This document shows, one piece after another, positions 21,663 to 30,824 of a stretch of 64,000 nucleotides of DNA (the stretch's first letter is position 1; each line of letters begins with the position of its first letter). This DNA is from a virus (taxonomy: Duplodnaviria > Caudoviricetes). A model generated the notes under the pieces. That model saw nothing but the letters and a program-made list of their open reading frames with translations. It did not search any database and was not told where the DNA came from. The stretch covers positions 21,044 through 85,043 of the IMG/VR virus record IMGVR_UViG_3300028591_000158. The stretch is one strand, 5' to 3'. Both the position numbers and the translations under genes were made by a program.

Positions 21663-22274
21663 ATGTCAAGAATTATATTCTCAAAAAAATCACTTACAAG
21701 CTCAATTGAAGGTGATATCAAAGTAAATAGTAAAGCTACTGCAGATACATATAGTCTTACTACTATTGATCATGATAAACTTAAAAACAGAGACTTAGCA
21801 GACCAACACCCAATTAGTGCAATTACTGGTTTAAATACTATCATAACTCAACTTGAATCTGGTGTTGAAGAGGCAACAAACAAAGCAACTATTGCTGAAA
21901 GTCAAGCTACAATTGCAATTACAAAAGCAGAAGAAGCTCTTACAAATCATTTATATGAATATTTAGTATACTTTAATTTCAATAAGTCAGGTACAGGAGC
22001 TGCTTATTACTCAGTATACTTCACTTTAAAATCAACTATAGAATATGATCCACAGGAAATTGACTTTGCTATATTAAGAAATATGATTATCGCTAATGGT
22101 GATCATGTACAATGTTCTTGTCAAACAGCAGGACCATTAGATATGAATATTATATCAACAAGCACTAATGCCGGTGATGATACAATTATGGTTGATTGTA
22201 AGTCTGGTGATTTCTATGAATTCTATAGCTTCAGTGATCTAGAAGATTATAGTATTACAAAATTAAATTATTAA
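21663..22274 (+). CDS. Tail-fibre-like protein
   Basis: DHDKLKNRDLADQHPISAITGL motif of phage fibre proteins, followed by a short coiled coil. Confidence 0.55.
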   Translation: MSRIIFSKKSLTSSIEGDIKVNSKATADTYSLTTIDHDKLKNRDLADQHPISAITGLNTIITQLESGVEEATNKATIAESQATIAITKAEEALTNHLYEYLVYFNFNKSGTGAAYYSVYFTLKSTIEYDPQEIDFAILRNMIIANGDHVQCSCQTAGPLDMNIISTSTNAGDDTIMVDCKSGDFYEFYSFSDLEDYSITKLNY

Positions 22275-22275
22275 T

Positions 22276-22305
22276 AAAGTGGTTTAAATAGCCACTTTTT
22301 CTTTT
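22276..22305 (+). terminator. Rho-independent terminator
   Basis: AAAGTGG...CCACTTT plus T-tract. Confidence 0.7.
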
Positions 22306-22345
22306 ACTTAAATTGTATATATTAATGATATTTGGAGGTATTTAT

Positions 22346-22693
22346 ATGACAAGTCAAGAATTTGATAAAATAGTTAATGAAACATTAGAAAATATTAAGA
22401 GTACTTTACAACGTAAATCTAAAGAATATAACTTAGATGAAGATCGTTTAAGTGTATTTAAGAGAGCTGCATCAATTCAGCATCAAACACCTTCACAAGC
22501 ATTACTTGGTATGCTTACTAAACATATTATATCAATATATGATTATGTAGAAACTGATGCTTATTTTTCAAATGAATTAGCAGCAGAGAAAATAAATGAT
22601 GCTATCAATTATTTATTGTTATTATATGCATTAAATAAAGAGTATAATGATTATAGATTGAGTCTTAATGCAGCTCAATCAAATAAAGAATAG
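22346..22693 (+). CDS. All-alpha NTP-pyrophosphatase-like protein (nucleotide-modification-associated domain type)
   Basis: K..EY...DRL..FK, GMLTKH, EKINDAINYL helical motifs. Confidence 0.5.
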   Translation: MTSQEFDKIVNETLENIKSTLQRKSKEYNLDEDRLSVFKRAASIQHQTPSQALLGMLTKHIISIYDYVETDAYFSNELAAEKINDAINYLLLLYALNKEYNDYRLSLNAAQSNKE

Positions 22694-22711
22694 TTAAGGA
22701 AGTATTATTAA

Positions 22712-23239
22712 ATGATTAATGGTATTGTATGTGTAGATAAAAATTTTGCAATTGGTAAAAATAATGCTGAAGGTAAACCTCAATTATTATTTAATATTTC
22801 TGCTGATATGGCTTATTTTAAAGAGAAAACATTACATAATATAGTTGTAATGGGTTATACAACTTATTTATCCTTACCAAAAAAGCCTTTATCTGATAGA
22901 GTTAACCTAGTTTTATGAGATAAAGCAACATCGCCAGATTGTTTAAAAGGCTGTATTACATTTAATAATTTTGATGTATTATTAAAATTTGTTAAAGAGC
23001 TAAGCAAAATATACGAAGTATTTGTTATTGGTGGTGCTTCTGTTTATAATTTATTTATGCCTTATTATGATAGATTATTTATAACAAAAGTAGCTGCAGA
23101 AGATAAAGAAGCAACAGCTTTTTTTCCTAATATAGATAAAGATACTAATTTTGAACTTGTAAGCAAAATGAACTATGCACCTAAAAATGAGTATCCATTA
23201 TCATTTACAATTTATTCAAGAATAAAGGAGAATAAATAA
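22712..23239 (+). CDS. folA: Dihydrofolate reductase
   Basis: IVCVD...IG, DMAYFKEKT, VVMGYTTYLSLP.KPL.DR.N, VIGGASVY. One internal TGA at 22916. Confidence 0.92.
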
Positions 23240-24078
23240 TGTCAGTAGCAGATAAGTATTTTAAAGATGCAGTTAATAAGATTTTAACTAAAGGCGTTTC
23301 AGATGAAGCTTTTGAAGTCAGACCTAAGTGGCCTGATGGAACTCCAGCTCATACAAGAAAGATTCATTGTTATATTGCAAGATATAACTTAGCTGAAGAA
23401 TTTCCAATTTTAACTCTTAGAACTCAAGCCTTTAAATCTTGTGTTAAAGAGATACTTTGGATGTGGCAAAAGAAGTCAAATAAAGTATCTGAATTAGGTG
23501 CTCATTTCTGGGATGCCTGGGAATTAGAGGATGGAACTATTGGTAAGTCTTATGGCTATCAAGTAGGTCGTAAATTTCACTTTAAAGAAGGTTTTATGGA
23601 TCAAGTAGACTTATTACTATATAAGTTAAAAAACAATCCTATGGACCGAAGAATGATAGTTACGCTTTGGGATAACGAAGACTTAAAAGATATGGCGTTG
23701 GCTCCATGCGTATTTCAATCAATTTGGGATGTTGCTGACGGTAAATTAAATATGACTTTGATACAAAGGTCAGGAGATGTTCTTGCTGCCGCAGCCCCAG
23801 GAGGTTTTGATGTGGTTGAATATGCAATTTTACAGCACATGATTGCCCAAGTATCTGGTCTACAGGTAGGGGAGTTAGTACACATTGTCACAAATTTACA
23901 TATTTACGATCGACATGAAAAGTTAGTTAAGGAAGTACTTGAAAATCCTGAATATCCAGCACCAAAGTTCTGGATTAATCCTGAAGTTAAGAATTTCTAT
24001 AACTTTAAACCTGAAGACTTTAAATTAATTGATTATAAATCGACTAAGGCAAGCAGTTCATTCGAGGTTGCAGAATAA
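23239..24078 (+). CDS. thyA: Thymidylate-synthase-family enzyme with Asp at the dUMP-specifying Asn position
   Basis: MALAPC, QRSGD, HIYDRH. FDVVEY where canonical enzymes have FN/WN...Y. Confidence 0.9.
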   Translation: MSVADKYFKDAVNKILTKGVSDEAFEVRPKWPDGTPAHTRKIHCYIARYNLAEEFPILTLRTQAFKSCVKEILWMWQKKSNKVSELGAHFWDAWELEDGTIGKSYGYQVGRKFHFKEGFMDQVDLLLYKLKNNPMDRRMIVTLWDNEDLKDMALAPCVFQSIWDVADGKLNMTLIQRSGDVLAAAAPGGFDVVEYAILQHMIAQVSGLQVGELVHIVTNLHIYDRHEKLVKEVLENPEYPAPKFWINPEVKNFYNFKPEDFKLIDYKSTKASSSFEVAE

Positions 24079-24395
24079 TGAAATTAGTTAGAGACAATAT
24101 TCCAAGTATTATAAAGCAACAAGTAGGTAAATGTAACTATCATGCTTGTAAAAATAATGAAGAGCTTTTAAATTATTTAAATAAAAAAGTTTTTGAAGAA
24201 GTTGATGAATTCTTAAAAGATCCATCAGTAGAAGAACTAATTGATATAATAACTGTTGCTATTGCTATTCTTAAAAATAAAAATGTATTAGATGATAGCT
24301 ATTCATTAGATGATATATTTGTAATTTTAGAAAATAGCTATAACACAAAAGCAAGAGAACGTGGCGAATTTAAAAAAGGTTATATTTTAGAATAA
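24078..24395 (+). CDS. MazG-like / phosphoribosyl-ATP-pyrophosphohydrolase-like NTP pyrophosphatase
   Basis: KLVRDNIP, KVFEEVDEF, EELIDI, K..ERGEF..GY.L. Confidence 0.8.
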   Translation: MKLVRDNIPSIIKQQVGKCNYHACKNNEELLNYLNKKVFEEVDEFLKDPSVEELIDIITVAIAILKNKNVLDDSYSLDDIFVILENSYNTKARERGEFKKGYILE

Positions 24396-24401
24396 GAGAG
24401 G

Positions 24402-25400
24402 ATGATTGTATTGCAGTTTATAGATAGACTAGTAGAAAGCTATGAGAATAGCAATTATACTAATGTATTAATTGAACAATTTGTTAAATTATATATTGAG
24501 CCTTGGAGATTTAATTATTTAGCTAAGTCTTGGAAATGCCCAAAAAGTGAAGTTAATAGAGCTATTTTATCTGCAGAAGATTGGGAGAAAGAAAGACAAC
24601 TATTTTTAGCAGCTGGAAAAAATATAGTAGTTAATAATACTGCTGAAGTTTGTGCAACAGCTTATAATTATGGTAAAAGCTATTTAGTTTGGCTAGAATT
24701 TATAGCTCCTGATAATACAGTTCATAAAATTGATGCTTGGATACAAGAAACAGGTAAAAATGCCAATTTTGGTAAGCAAGGAAAAAATGCTGAAAAGTTT
24801 ATTGATCCAAGAAGTCCTTTATGCCAAGATATATATGATTCAATAGTTAATAAAGGATATATAGATCCTAACATTGCTAAGCTATTAAATAGTGTAGGTT
24901 CATTAACTTGGACTGGTAACAAAGAACAAAGAGTACAAAAGAAATTAAATAGTTTTATTCAACAAAAATTATTTGAAAAAGCTGTTGATTATGCAATAAA
25001 AAATTGTAAAATAAATGTTGTTTTATTACAATTAGATAAGTTTGATGATTACTTATATAAAGGTGATCCTGGAAAATTAGCTGATTATGATTTAAGAATA
25101 ACTACAAGTACAGATATATTTAGTGCAAGAATAGATCTTAAACTGCTTGAAGATAATGATACTGCAAAAAATCAAAATCCACATGATGCTGATTTATTAA
25201 TTGTATCTAATTGGAGAGATGCAAAAGTTGGATTTTATAGAGTTACTGGAAACCCTGGAATTGAAAAAACAGAAGAGTTTCAAACAATCTTACAATTATT
25301 TAATGAGATGCTAATTAGTGCAGGCAAGTGTTTTATTCATATTTCAAAAATCGATGAAGAAACAGGCAAAGTTGATTTTAATATGTTTGGAAATATTTAA
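24402..25400 (+). CDS. Hypothetical protein, possible C-terminal PD-(D/E)xK-like domain
   Basis: Intact 332-aa ORF. ADYDL...IDLK could be a nuclease motif (weak). Confidence 0.5.
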   Translation: MIVLQFIDRLVESYENSNYTNVLIEQFVKLYIEPWRFNYLAKSWKCPKSEVNRAILSAEDWEKERQLFLAAGKNIVVNNTAEVCATAYNYGKSYLVWLEFIAPDNTVHKIDAWIQETGKNANFGKQGKNAEKFIDPRSPLCQDIYDSIVNKGYIDPNIAKLLNSVGSLTWTGNKEQRVQKKLNSFIQQKLFEKAVDYAIKNCKINVVLLQLDKFDDYLYKGDPGKLADYDLRITTSTDIFSARIDLKLLEDNDTAKNQNPHDADLLIVSNWRDAKVGFYRVTGNPGIEKTEEFQTILQLFNEMLISAGKCFIHISKIDEETGKVDFNMFGNI

Positions 25401-25427
25401 CCCAATTAAAAGTTGGGTTTTATTTTT
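25399..25427 (+). terminator. Rho-independent terminator
   Basis: AACCCAA/TTGGGTT stem plus T-tract. Confidence 0.7.
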
Positions 25428-25477
25428 AGCTATTTGCTAAATTAATTAGTATTTATAGTTTTAAAGGAGACTATTTT

Positions 25478-26092
25478 ATGGATAATAATAGATATTATAA
25501 TAAATTAGATCTTACTTATGCTCTTGAACATAAAGAAGAATGTATGGAAAAAATAAGTAGCCAATTTGGCTATAATGGTGATATAACTACAGGTGGTTTT
25601 TACATAATGCCAGATGGCACTGCTATTAAATCTACTAATCATGCTGATATTGATAAATATTTAATGAAACTTAAATATATACCAAAAGCAGATGTTGATT
25701 TTAGTGATGGTAGTCAATTCATGGAAGAGATAAACTGTTTACGATTAAGACGTAGAGGTGGAAAGGATGCTTGAATGCTTCCTTATGTATTATTACCAGA
25801 AAAACAATTAACACAAGCACAATATAATATTTTAACTAAGTGGTTAGACTTTGTATTAAATGCTAATGGTGAAATTAATGTTCAAGCTCAAAAAGCATTT
25901 TCTGGCGCTAATAAAATATTTAAAACATCACAAGGTATTTGAACTGATGATATTATTGATTCTATAAAAACATATTATAGAACTGATATTTTAGAAGGTG
26001 CTGAATATGATAATATATTTGATGATGAGATTGATCAAACAGACTATCAATTAAAATATGATATAGATAAAGGATTCTTTGATCAATTTTAG
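25478..26092 (+). CDS. Hypothetical protein
   Basis: RBS AAGGAG. Reads through 2 TGA to TAG 26090-26092. Follows a GCTAAATTA motif. Confidence 0.7.
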
Positions 26093-26134
26093 CGGTAAAA
26101 AAATTTGCTAAATTAAATGATAACAGTGCTGTTA

Positions 26135-26236
26135 TAATTAAAAGATATTGTATAATATAATATAAATATGAATGATAAAAAAAGAATGATAATTAATTAA
26201 AAGATATTTTATAAAAGATATGTAATAAACGATATT
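26135..26236. repeat. AT-rich direct repeats (TAATTAAAAGATATT x2 plus AAAGATAT-like variants)
   Basis: Exact 15-mer at 26135-26149 and 26194-26208, degenerate copies near 26212 and 26226, in a ~280-bp non-coding AT-rich gap. Confidence 0.55.
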
Positions 26237-26375
26237 TATATAAATTAATAATTAATTATCTTAACTAGATTGTCATTCATTAATTTGAGTGACAATTTTT
26301 GTTTTTATTGATTTATTCAGATAAAAAAATTGTATTTAAGTATGGAATATTATTTGATAAGGAGATTTTTATTTA

Positions 26376-26786
26376 ATGAAGATTAAGTTGTTTAAAGAAA
26401 TTACTTTACCACTTAAAAAACGTGATAGTGATGCAGGTTGGGATGTTTTTTTACCTGAGGATGTCACTTTTAAGGCACATTCACTTACAACTGTTGATTT
26501 AGGTTTTGGTGTAAAATTACCTAGTGGCTATGCAGGCTTATTTGCAATGAGAAGTTCTGTTTGTAAAACAGGTATGACTATTCAAATGCCGCTTATTGAT
26601 GAAGGATATCTTGGAGAATTACATTTATTAGTACAAAATTCAACAGATACTGACTATAGTTATAAGAAGGATGAAAGAGTTTGTTCTTTGTTTATTTTCC
26701 CAGTATTTAGAGATACATTAGAAGTAGTTGATGATTTAGGAACATCAGACAGAGGAACTAATTGGTCAGGTAGCTCAGGTAAGTAG
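26376..26786 (+). CDS. dut: Trimeric dUTPase
   Basis: DAGWD, RSS, IDEGYLGE, ERVCSL, RGTNWSGSSG. Confidence 0.88.
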   Translation: MKIKLFKEITLPLKKRDSDAGWDVFLPEDVTFKAHSLTTVDLGFGVKLPSGYAGLFAMRSSVCKTGMTIQMPLIDEGYLGELHLLVQNSTDTDYSYKKDERVCSLFIFPVFRDTLEVVDDLGTSDRGTNWSGSSGK

Positions 26787-26807
26787 TTTTTTAAGGGAGG
26801 TGAATCT

Positions 26808-27482
26808 ATGTCAAATTGTTTTCTTTATGCGTTTTGTAACCACAAAGACTGTGACAAAGATTTTTGTTTAAGAAAATATAAGTTAGAATATTTATATGAT
26901 AATGCATTGGTATCAGAAGCTCAACGTAAGCATATAAAGTTAAGAATAGATGAAGATGGAACTGATTATAATGAGTTTATGCAGCTGGCTGAAATTGAAA
27001 AAAATATTGAAAATTTTGTTCAAGAAGGTCAAAATTTATATATCCATTCTACAATATGTGGCTGTGGCAAAAGTTCCTGGGCATTACGTATGATTGAGGC
27101 TTATTTTAATAAAATTTGGCCTAAAACTGATTTGATTTGTAGAGCCTTATTTATTAATGTCCCTAGGTTTTTAGTTGCGTTAAAAGACAATATTTCGAAT
27201 CCTAGCGAGTATATTGCACATATCAAAGACAATATTGCCAATGCCGATTTAGTTGTTTGGGATGACATAGCAGCTAAAGTTGGGTCTGAGTTTGAATTAA
27301 ATCATTTATTAAGTTTAATTGATCTTAGAATTGCTAATGGTAAAGCTAATATCTATACATCAAATTTAGATAAAGACGCAATTTACAATGCTTTAGGAGA
27401 AAGAATTGCCAGCAGAATTTGTAATATGTCACACGAAATTGAACTGCATGGTAGTGATAAACGCTTCTTAAGAGTTAATTAG
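26808..27482 (+). CDS. DnaC/IstB-like helicase loader ATPase
   Basis: CGCGKS Walker A, VWDDI Walker B, YTSNL, LGERIASRI. Confidence 0.85.
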   Translation: MSNCFLYAFCNHKDCDKDFCLRKYKLEYLYDNALVSEAQRKHIKLRIDEDGTDYNEFMQLAEIEKNIENFVQEGQNLYIHSTICGCGKSSWALRMIEAYFNKIWPKTDLICRALFINVPRFLVALKDNISNPSEYIAHIKDNIANADLVVWDDIAAKVGSEFELNHLLSLIDLRIANGKANIYTSNLDKDAIYNALGERIASRICNMSHEIELHGSDKRFLRVN

Positions 27483-27496
27483 GAAGAGGTGATTGT

Positions 27497-28876
27497 ATGA
27501 CAGCACAATATCAAGTTTTATTAAAAATATTACAAACGGGCGATTTATCTATTGTTACTTTAAATGATTTAACTGAAGACTATTTTTCAGATTATAGAAA
27601 TGAATTTAATTTTATAATGAATCATTATAAACAATATAAAAAAGTACCAGATTTATTAACACTTGCTGGTGTATTTCCTGATTTCTTTCCAGAAACAGGT
27701 GTGCCAGAAGTTAAAGAACCAGATAATTATTTATTAGAAAAATTGTATGAAGATTATTCATTTGCATATATAGTAAATAATTTAAAGACAACTAAAAATT
27801 TACTAGAAAAAGATGAAATTGAAAAAGCTCGTGATATCTTTATAAATGCAGCTAAAAATATGCGTAGAGGATCCAGCTTAACTTGTACAAATTTAATAAA
27901 AGATACATCAAGATATGAAAGATATGTTGAAAAAACAACTAATTGGAATAAGTATTATTTATCAACAGGTTTTCCAGAACTAGATAAATTAACTGGCGGT
28001 ATTGATCGTGAAAATGAAAATATGGTTATTGCTGCACGTCCAGGTCGAGGCAAAACAATGGTGCTAGTAAAGATGGCAACTGCTGCTTCTATGCAAGGAC
28101 TATGTGTAGGTATATATGAGGGTGAAATGACAGCTGATAAATTAGGTTATCGTGTCGACACTTTCTTAGGACATATTAAAAATTCATCTTTAAATCATGG
28201 TGACTTATTTATCCAAAAAGAATATAAAAAATATATAGATAGCTTAGCTGTTGCAAATTATGGTGATATTAAAGTTATTACGCCAAATGATATTGCAGGA
28301 GCTCCAACAGTAGATGCATTAAGAGCATTTATTGAAAAAGAAAAGTTAGATATATTATTTGTTGACCAATATTCACTACTTGAAGATAAAAGTGGTGCTA
28401 GAAAAGAAAATGAAAAAGTTGCTAATATTTCAAAAGCAATTAAACAATTACAAGTAGAAAAGCATATACCAATTATCTCTGTTTCACAAATGAACAGAAC
28501 ATCTAATAAAGATGAAAATGGTAAGGCTGGCGAAATGGATACTAACCAAATTGCTTTGTCAGATAGAATTGGACAAGATGCAACAGTAGTATTAATGCTA
28601 GAACGTAAAGATGATGATAAGTTAATTATTCACACAACTAAGTCAAGAGATGGTGGCGATAATAGAAAGTTAACTTATAAGATTGATTTTAATTATGGCT
28701 CATTTACATTTATTCCAAGTGAAGGTGACTCAATTACTACTACTGAGGACCTAGAAAATATTGCACATAGTTATGATCAAAATATAGCAAATGAGATTGC
28801 AAATAATTTTGGGCCAGATGATGAAACACCTGATTATACAGATGTAACAAATTTTGGAAATGACAGGCCATTTTAA
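27497..28876 (+). CDS. dnaB: Replicative helicase DnaB
   Basis: AARPGRGKT, EGEM, FVDQYSL, SQMNR, SDRIGQDA, KSRDG. Confidence 0.93.
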   Translation: MTAQYQVLLKILQTGDLSIVTLNDLTEDYFSDYRNEFNFIMNHYKQYKKVPDLLTLAGVFPDFFPETGVPEVKEPDNYLLEKLYEDYSFAYIVNNLKTTKNLLEKDEIEKARDIFINAAKNMRRGSSLTCTNLIKDTSRYERYVEKTTNWNKYYLSTGFPELDKLTGGIDRENENMVIAARPGRGKTMVLVKMATAASMQGLCVGIYEGEMTADKLGYRVDTFLGHIKNSSLNHGDLFIQKEYKKYIDSLAVANYGDIKVITPNDIAGAPTVDALRAFIEKEKLDILFVDQYSLLEDKSGARKENEKVANISKAIKQLQVEKHIPIISVSQMNRTSNKDENGKAGEMDTNQIALSDRIGQDATVVLMLERKDDDKLIIHTTKSRDGGDNRKLTYKIDFNYGSFTFIPSEGDSITTTEDLENIAHSYDQNIANEIANNFGPDDETPDYTDVTNFGNDRPF

Positions 28877-28901
28877 AATGTAGAAATGGGGGTGATGTTC
28901 T

Positions 28902-29858
28902 ATGTTTAGAGTAAATAATAATTATATAGTTAAAACTGATATTGAAGAAATATTACAAAAGCTTAGATTAGTATTAACTAATGGAAAATTATCTAACTTC
29001 CGTAGAACATCATCAGGCATTAGTGTTCCTTGTCCTCATCATGCTGGAGGACAAGAGAGTCACAATTCTTGTTATATAACAGATGATGGTATATTCCATT
29101 GTTTTACTTGTGGAACATCTGGAAATTTTGTTAAATTTGTACAAGAATGTTTTGATTGTTCAAGAGAATATGCCGAAGAATGGTTAATAACTAATTTTGG
29201 AGAATTATCAGCTCACTCTATAAATATTGATTTAGATGTCTTAGATATAAAAAATAAACAAAAAAAGATATTTTTAGATAAGAATATACTAGAGAATTTT
29301 CAAGATTGGTGTCCATATTTTGCAAAAAGAGGCTTATCAGCTGAGACATGTAAGAAATATAATTTAAAATATGATCCAATATATAGACAAGTTATATTTC
29401 CATGCTATGATGCTAGAGGACATTTATTAATGTTAGCTAAAAGATCTATAGATACAAAAACATTTTACTTAGACAAAAATATAGAAAAACCAGTATATTG
29501 CTTAAATACTATTATTAATAATAATTGTAGAAGTGCAATAATTACAGAAGGACCATTTGACTGCCTATTAGCTAATCAGTATGGTTTTCCAGCATGTGCC
29601 ACTTTAGGTAATATTTCAAAATCTCAGATAGAGCAAATTAATAAGTCATCTCTAAAGATAATTTATACTATGTTTGATAATGATGAAGCAGGAAGAAATT
29701 TTGCAAAGATTATTGAACATGGTGTTGCTAGAAATATTTTAGTAGTAGATATTAAAATACCAAAAGGTAAAAAAGATATTGGCGAATTATCTTATGAAGA
29801 ATTTTGGAATATTTTAAATACTTATGGTATTACACAGCAAAAAAGCTGTATAATATAA
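28902..29858 (+). CDS. dnaG: DNA primase (CHC2 zinc finger plus TOPRIM)
   Basis: CPHH...HCFTC, ITEGPFD, FDNDEAG, KDIGE. Confidence 0.92.
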   Translation: MFRVNNNYIVKTDIEEILQKLRLVLTNGKLSNFRRTSSGISVPCPHHAGGQESHNSCYITDDGIFHCFTCGTSGNFVKFVQECFDCSREYAEEWLITNFGELSAHSINIDLDVLDIKNKQKKIFLDKNILENFQDWCPYFAKRGLSAETCKKYNLKYDPIYRQVIFPCYDARGHLLMLAKRSIDTKTFYLDKNIEKPVYCLNTIINNNCRSAIITEGPFDCLLANQYGFPACATLGNISKSQIEQINKSSLKIIYTMFDNDEAGRNFAKIIEHGVARNILVVDIKIPKGKKDIGELSYEEFWNILNTYGITQQKSCII

Positions 29859-29921
29859 AGTGCTGATTAAAGCACAAAAAGATACAAAATAAAAGATAAA
29901 AAATTAAAGGAGAAAAAAAAG

Positions 29922-30773
29922 ATGTCAAAATTTAGTATCAACGATTATCAAGAAGTAAAAGAAAGAGCAGCAGAAAATTCAACTAATTCTGCTGACAGAG
30001 TAAGAGTTGGATTCTTTAAGCTTAAGAATCATGGCGATCAAGCATTAGTTAGAATTAATTGTAGTAAGTTAGAAGATTTAGAATTTGCTACAGTACATCA
30101 ATTAGGTGCTGCAGCAAAATATATGAAGGTCAGCTGTTTAAATAAAGTTGGTGAATATACTGACAACTGTCCATTCTGTAAGGCAGCTAAGGCTGGAAAT
30201 ACAGCAGTTGGAAAAGCAGCTAAGAAGTGCTATGTTCAAATGTTAGTTTCTTATATTGACGGTGCAACAGGTCAATTATCTGCTCCAATTCCAGTTGTTT
30301 GGGAAAGACCTGCTGGATTCTCTTCAGAATTAGCAACTAAGTTAAAACAATATGGAAATTTAAAAGATGTTTTATTTACTATTACTCGTAATGGTATTGC
30401 AGGTGCAAAAGATACAACATATTCTATCGATTATGCAATTCCAACAGTATTTAAGCCTGAATTTATCCCAGCTGATTTCTCAGCATTTGATAACTTTAGA
30501 ATTGATAAGCATTCATATTGGGAAAAATCAGTAGATGAAATGAATACTTATTTAACAACTGGTCAATTTCCAGAAGTTCAAAGACAACAAGTAGTTGATC
30601 CAAAAGCTTTTATTCAACCTACTCCAGCACCAGAAGTTCGTCCAATTTATGGAGCACCAGTACAACCAACACCAGTACAACCTGCTCCACAAGCTCCAGT
30701 GCAACCAGCCCAACCAGAGCAACCTGCACAACCAACAAATAATGGAACTAGAAATTTTGGCCAATTTTGGTAA
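29922..30773 (+). CDS. Single-stranded DNA-binding protein with Pro/Gln-rich tail
   Basis: FFKLKNHGD, HQ...C...CPFC zinc motif, WER, ITRNG..KDTTY. Lies between primase and polymerase. Confidence 0.7.
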   Translation: MSKFSINDYQEVKERAAENSTNSADRVRVGFFKLKNHGDQALVRINCSKLEDLEFATVHQLGAAAKYMKVSCLNKVGEYTDNCPFCKAAKAGNTAVGKAAKKCYVQMLVSYIDGATGQLSAPIPVVWERPAGFSSELATKLKQYGNLKDVLFTITRNGIAGAKDTTYSIDYAIPTVFKPEFIPADFSAFDNFRIDKHSYWEKSVDEMNTYLTTGQFPEVQRQQVVDPKAFIQPTPAPEVRPIYGAPVQPTPVQPAPQAPVQPAQPEQPAQPTNNGTRNFGQFW

Positions 30774-30824
30774 AATATAGTTGTATAATAATTAAATAAT
30801 AAAATTAAAAATTGAGGTGGTCTT

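Noticed and set aside
23767-23769. AGG reassignment to Met, reported for some uncultured Bacilli
   Set aside because: AGG encodes the invariant Arg of the thymidylate synthase QRS motif.
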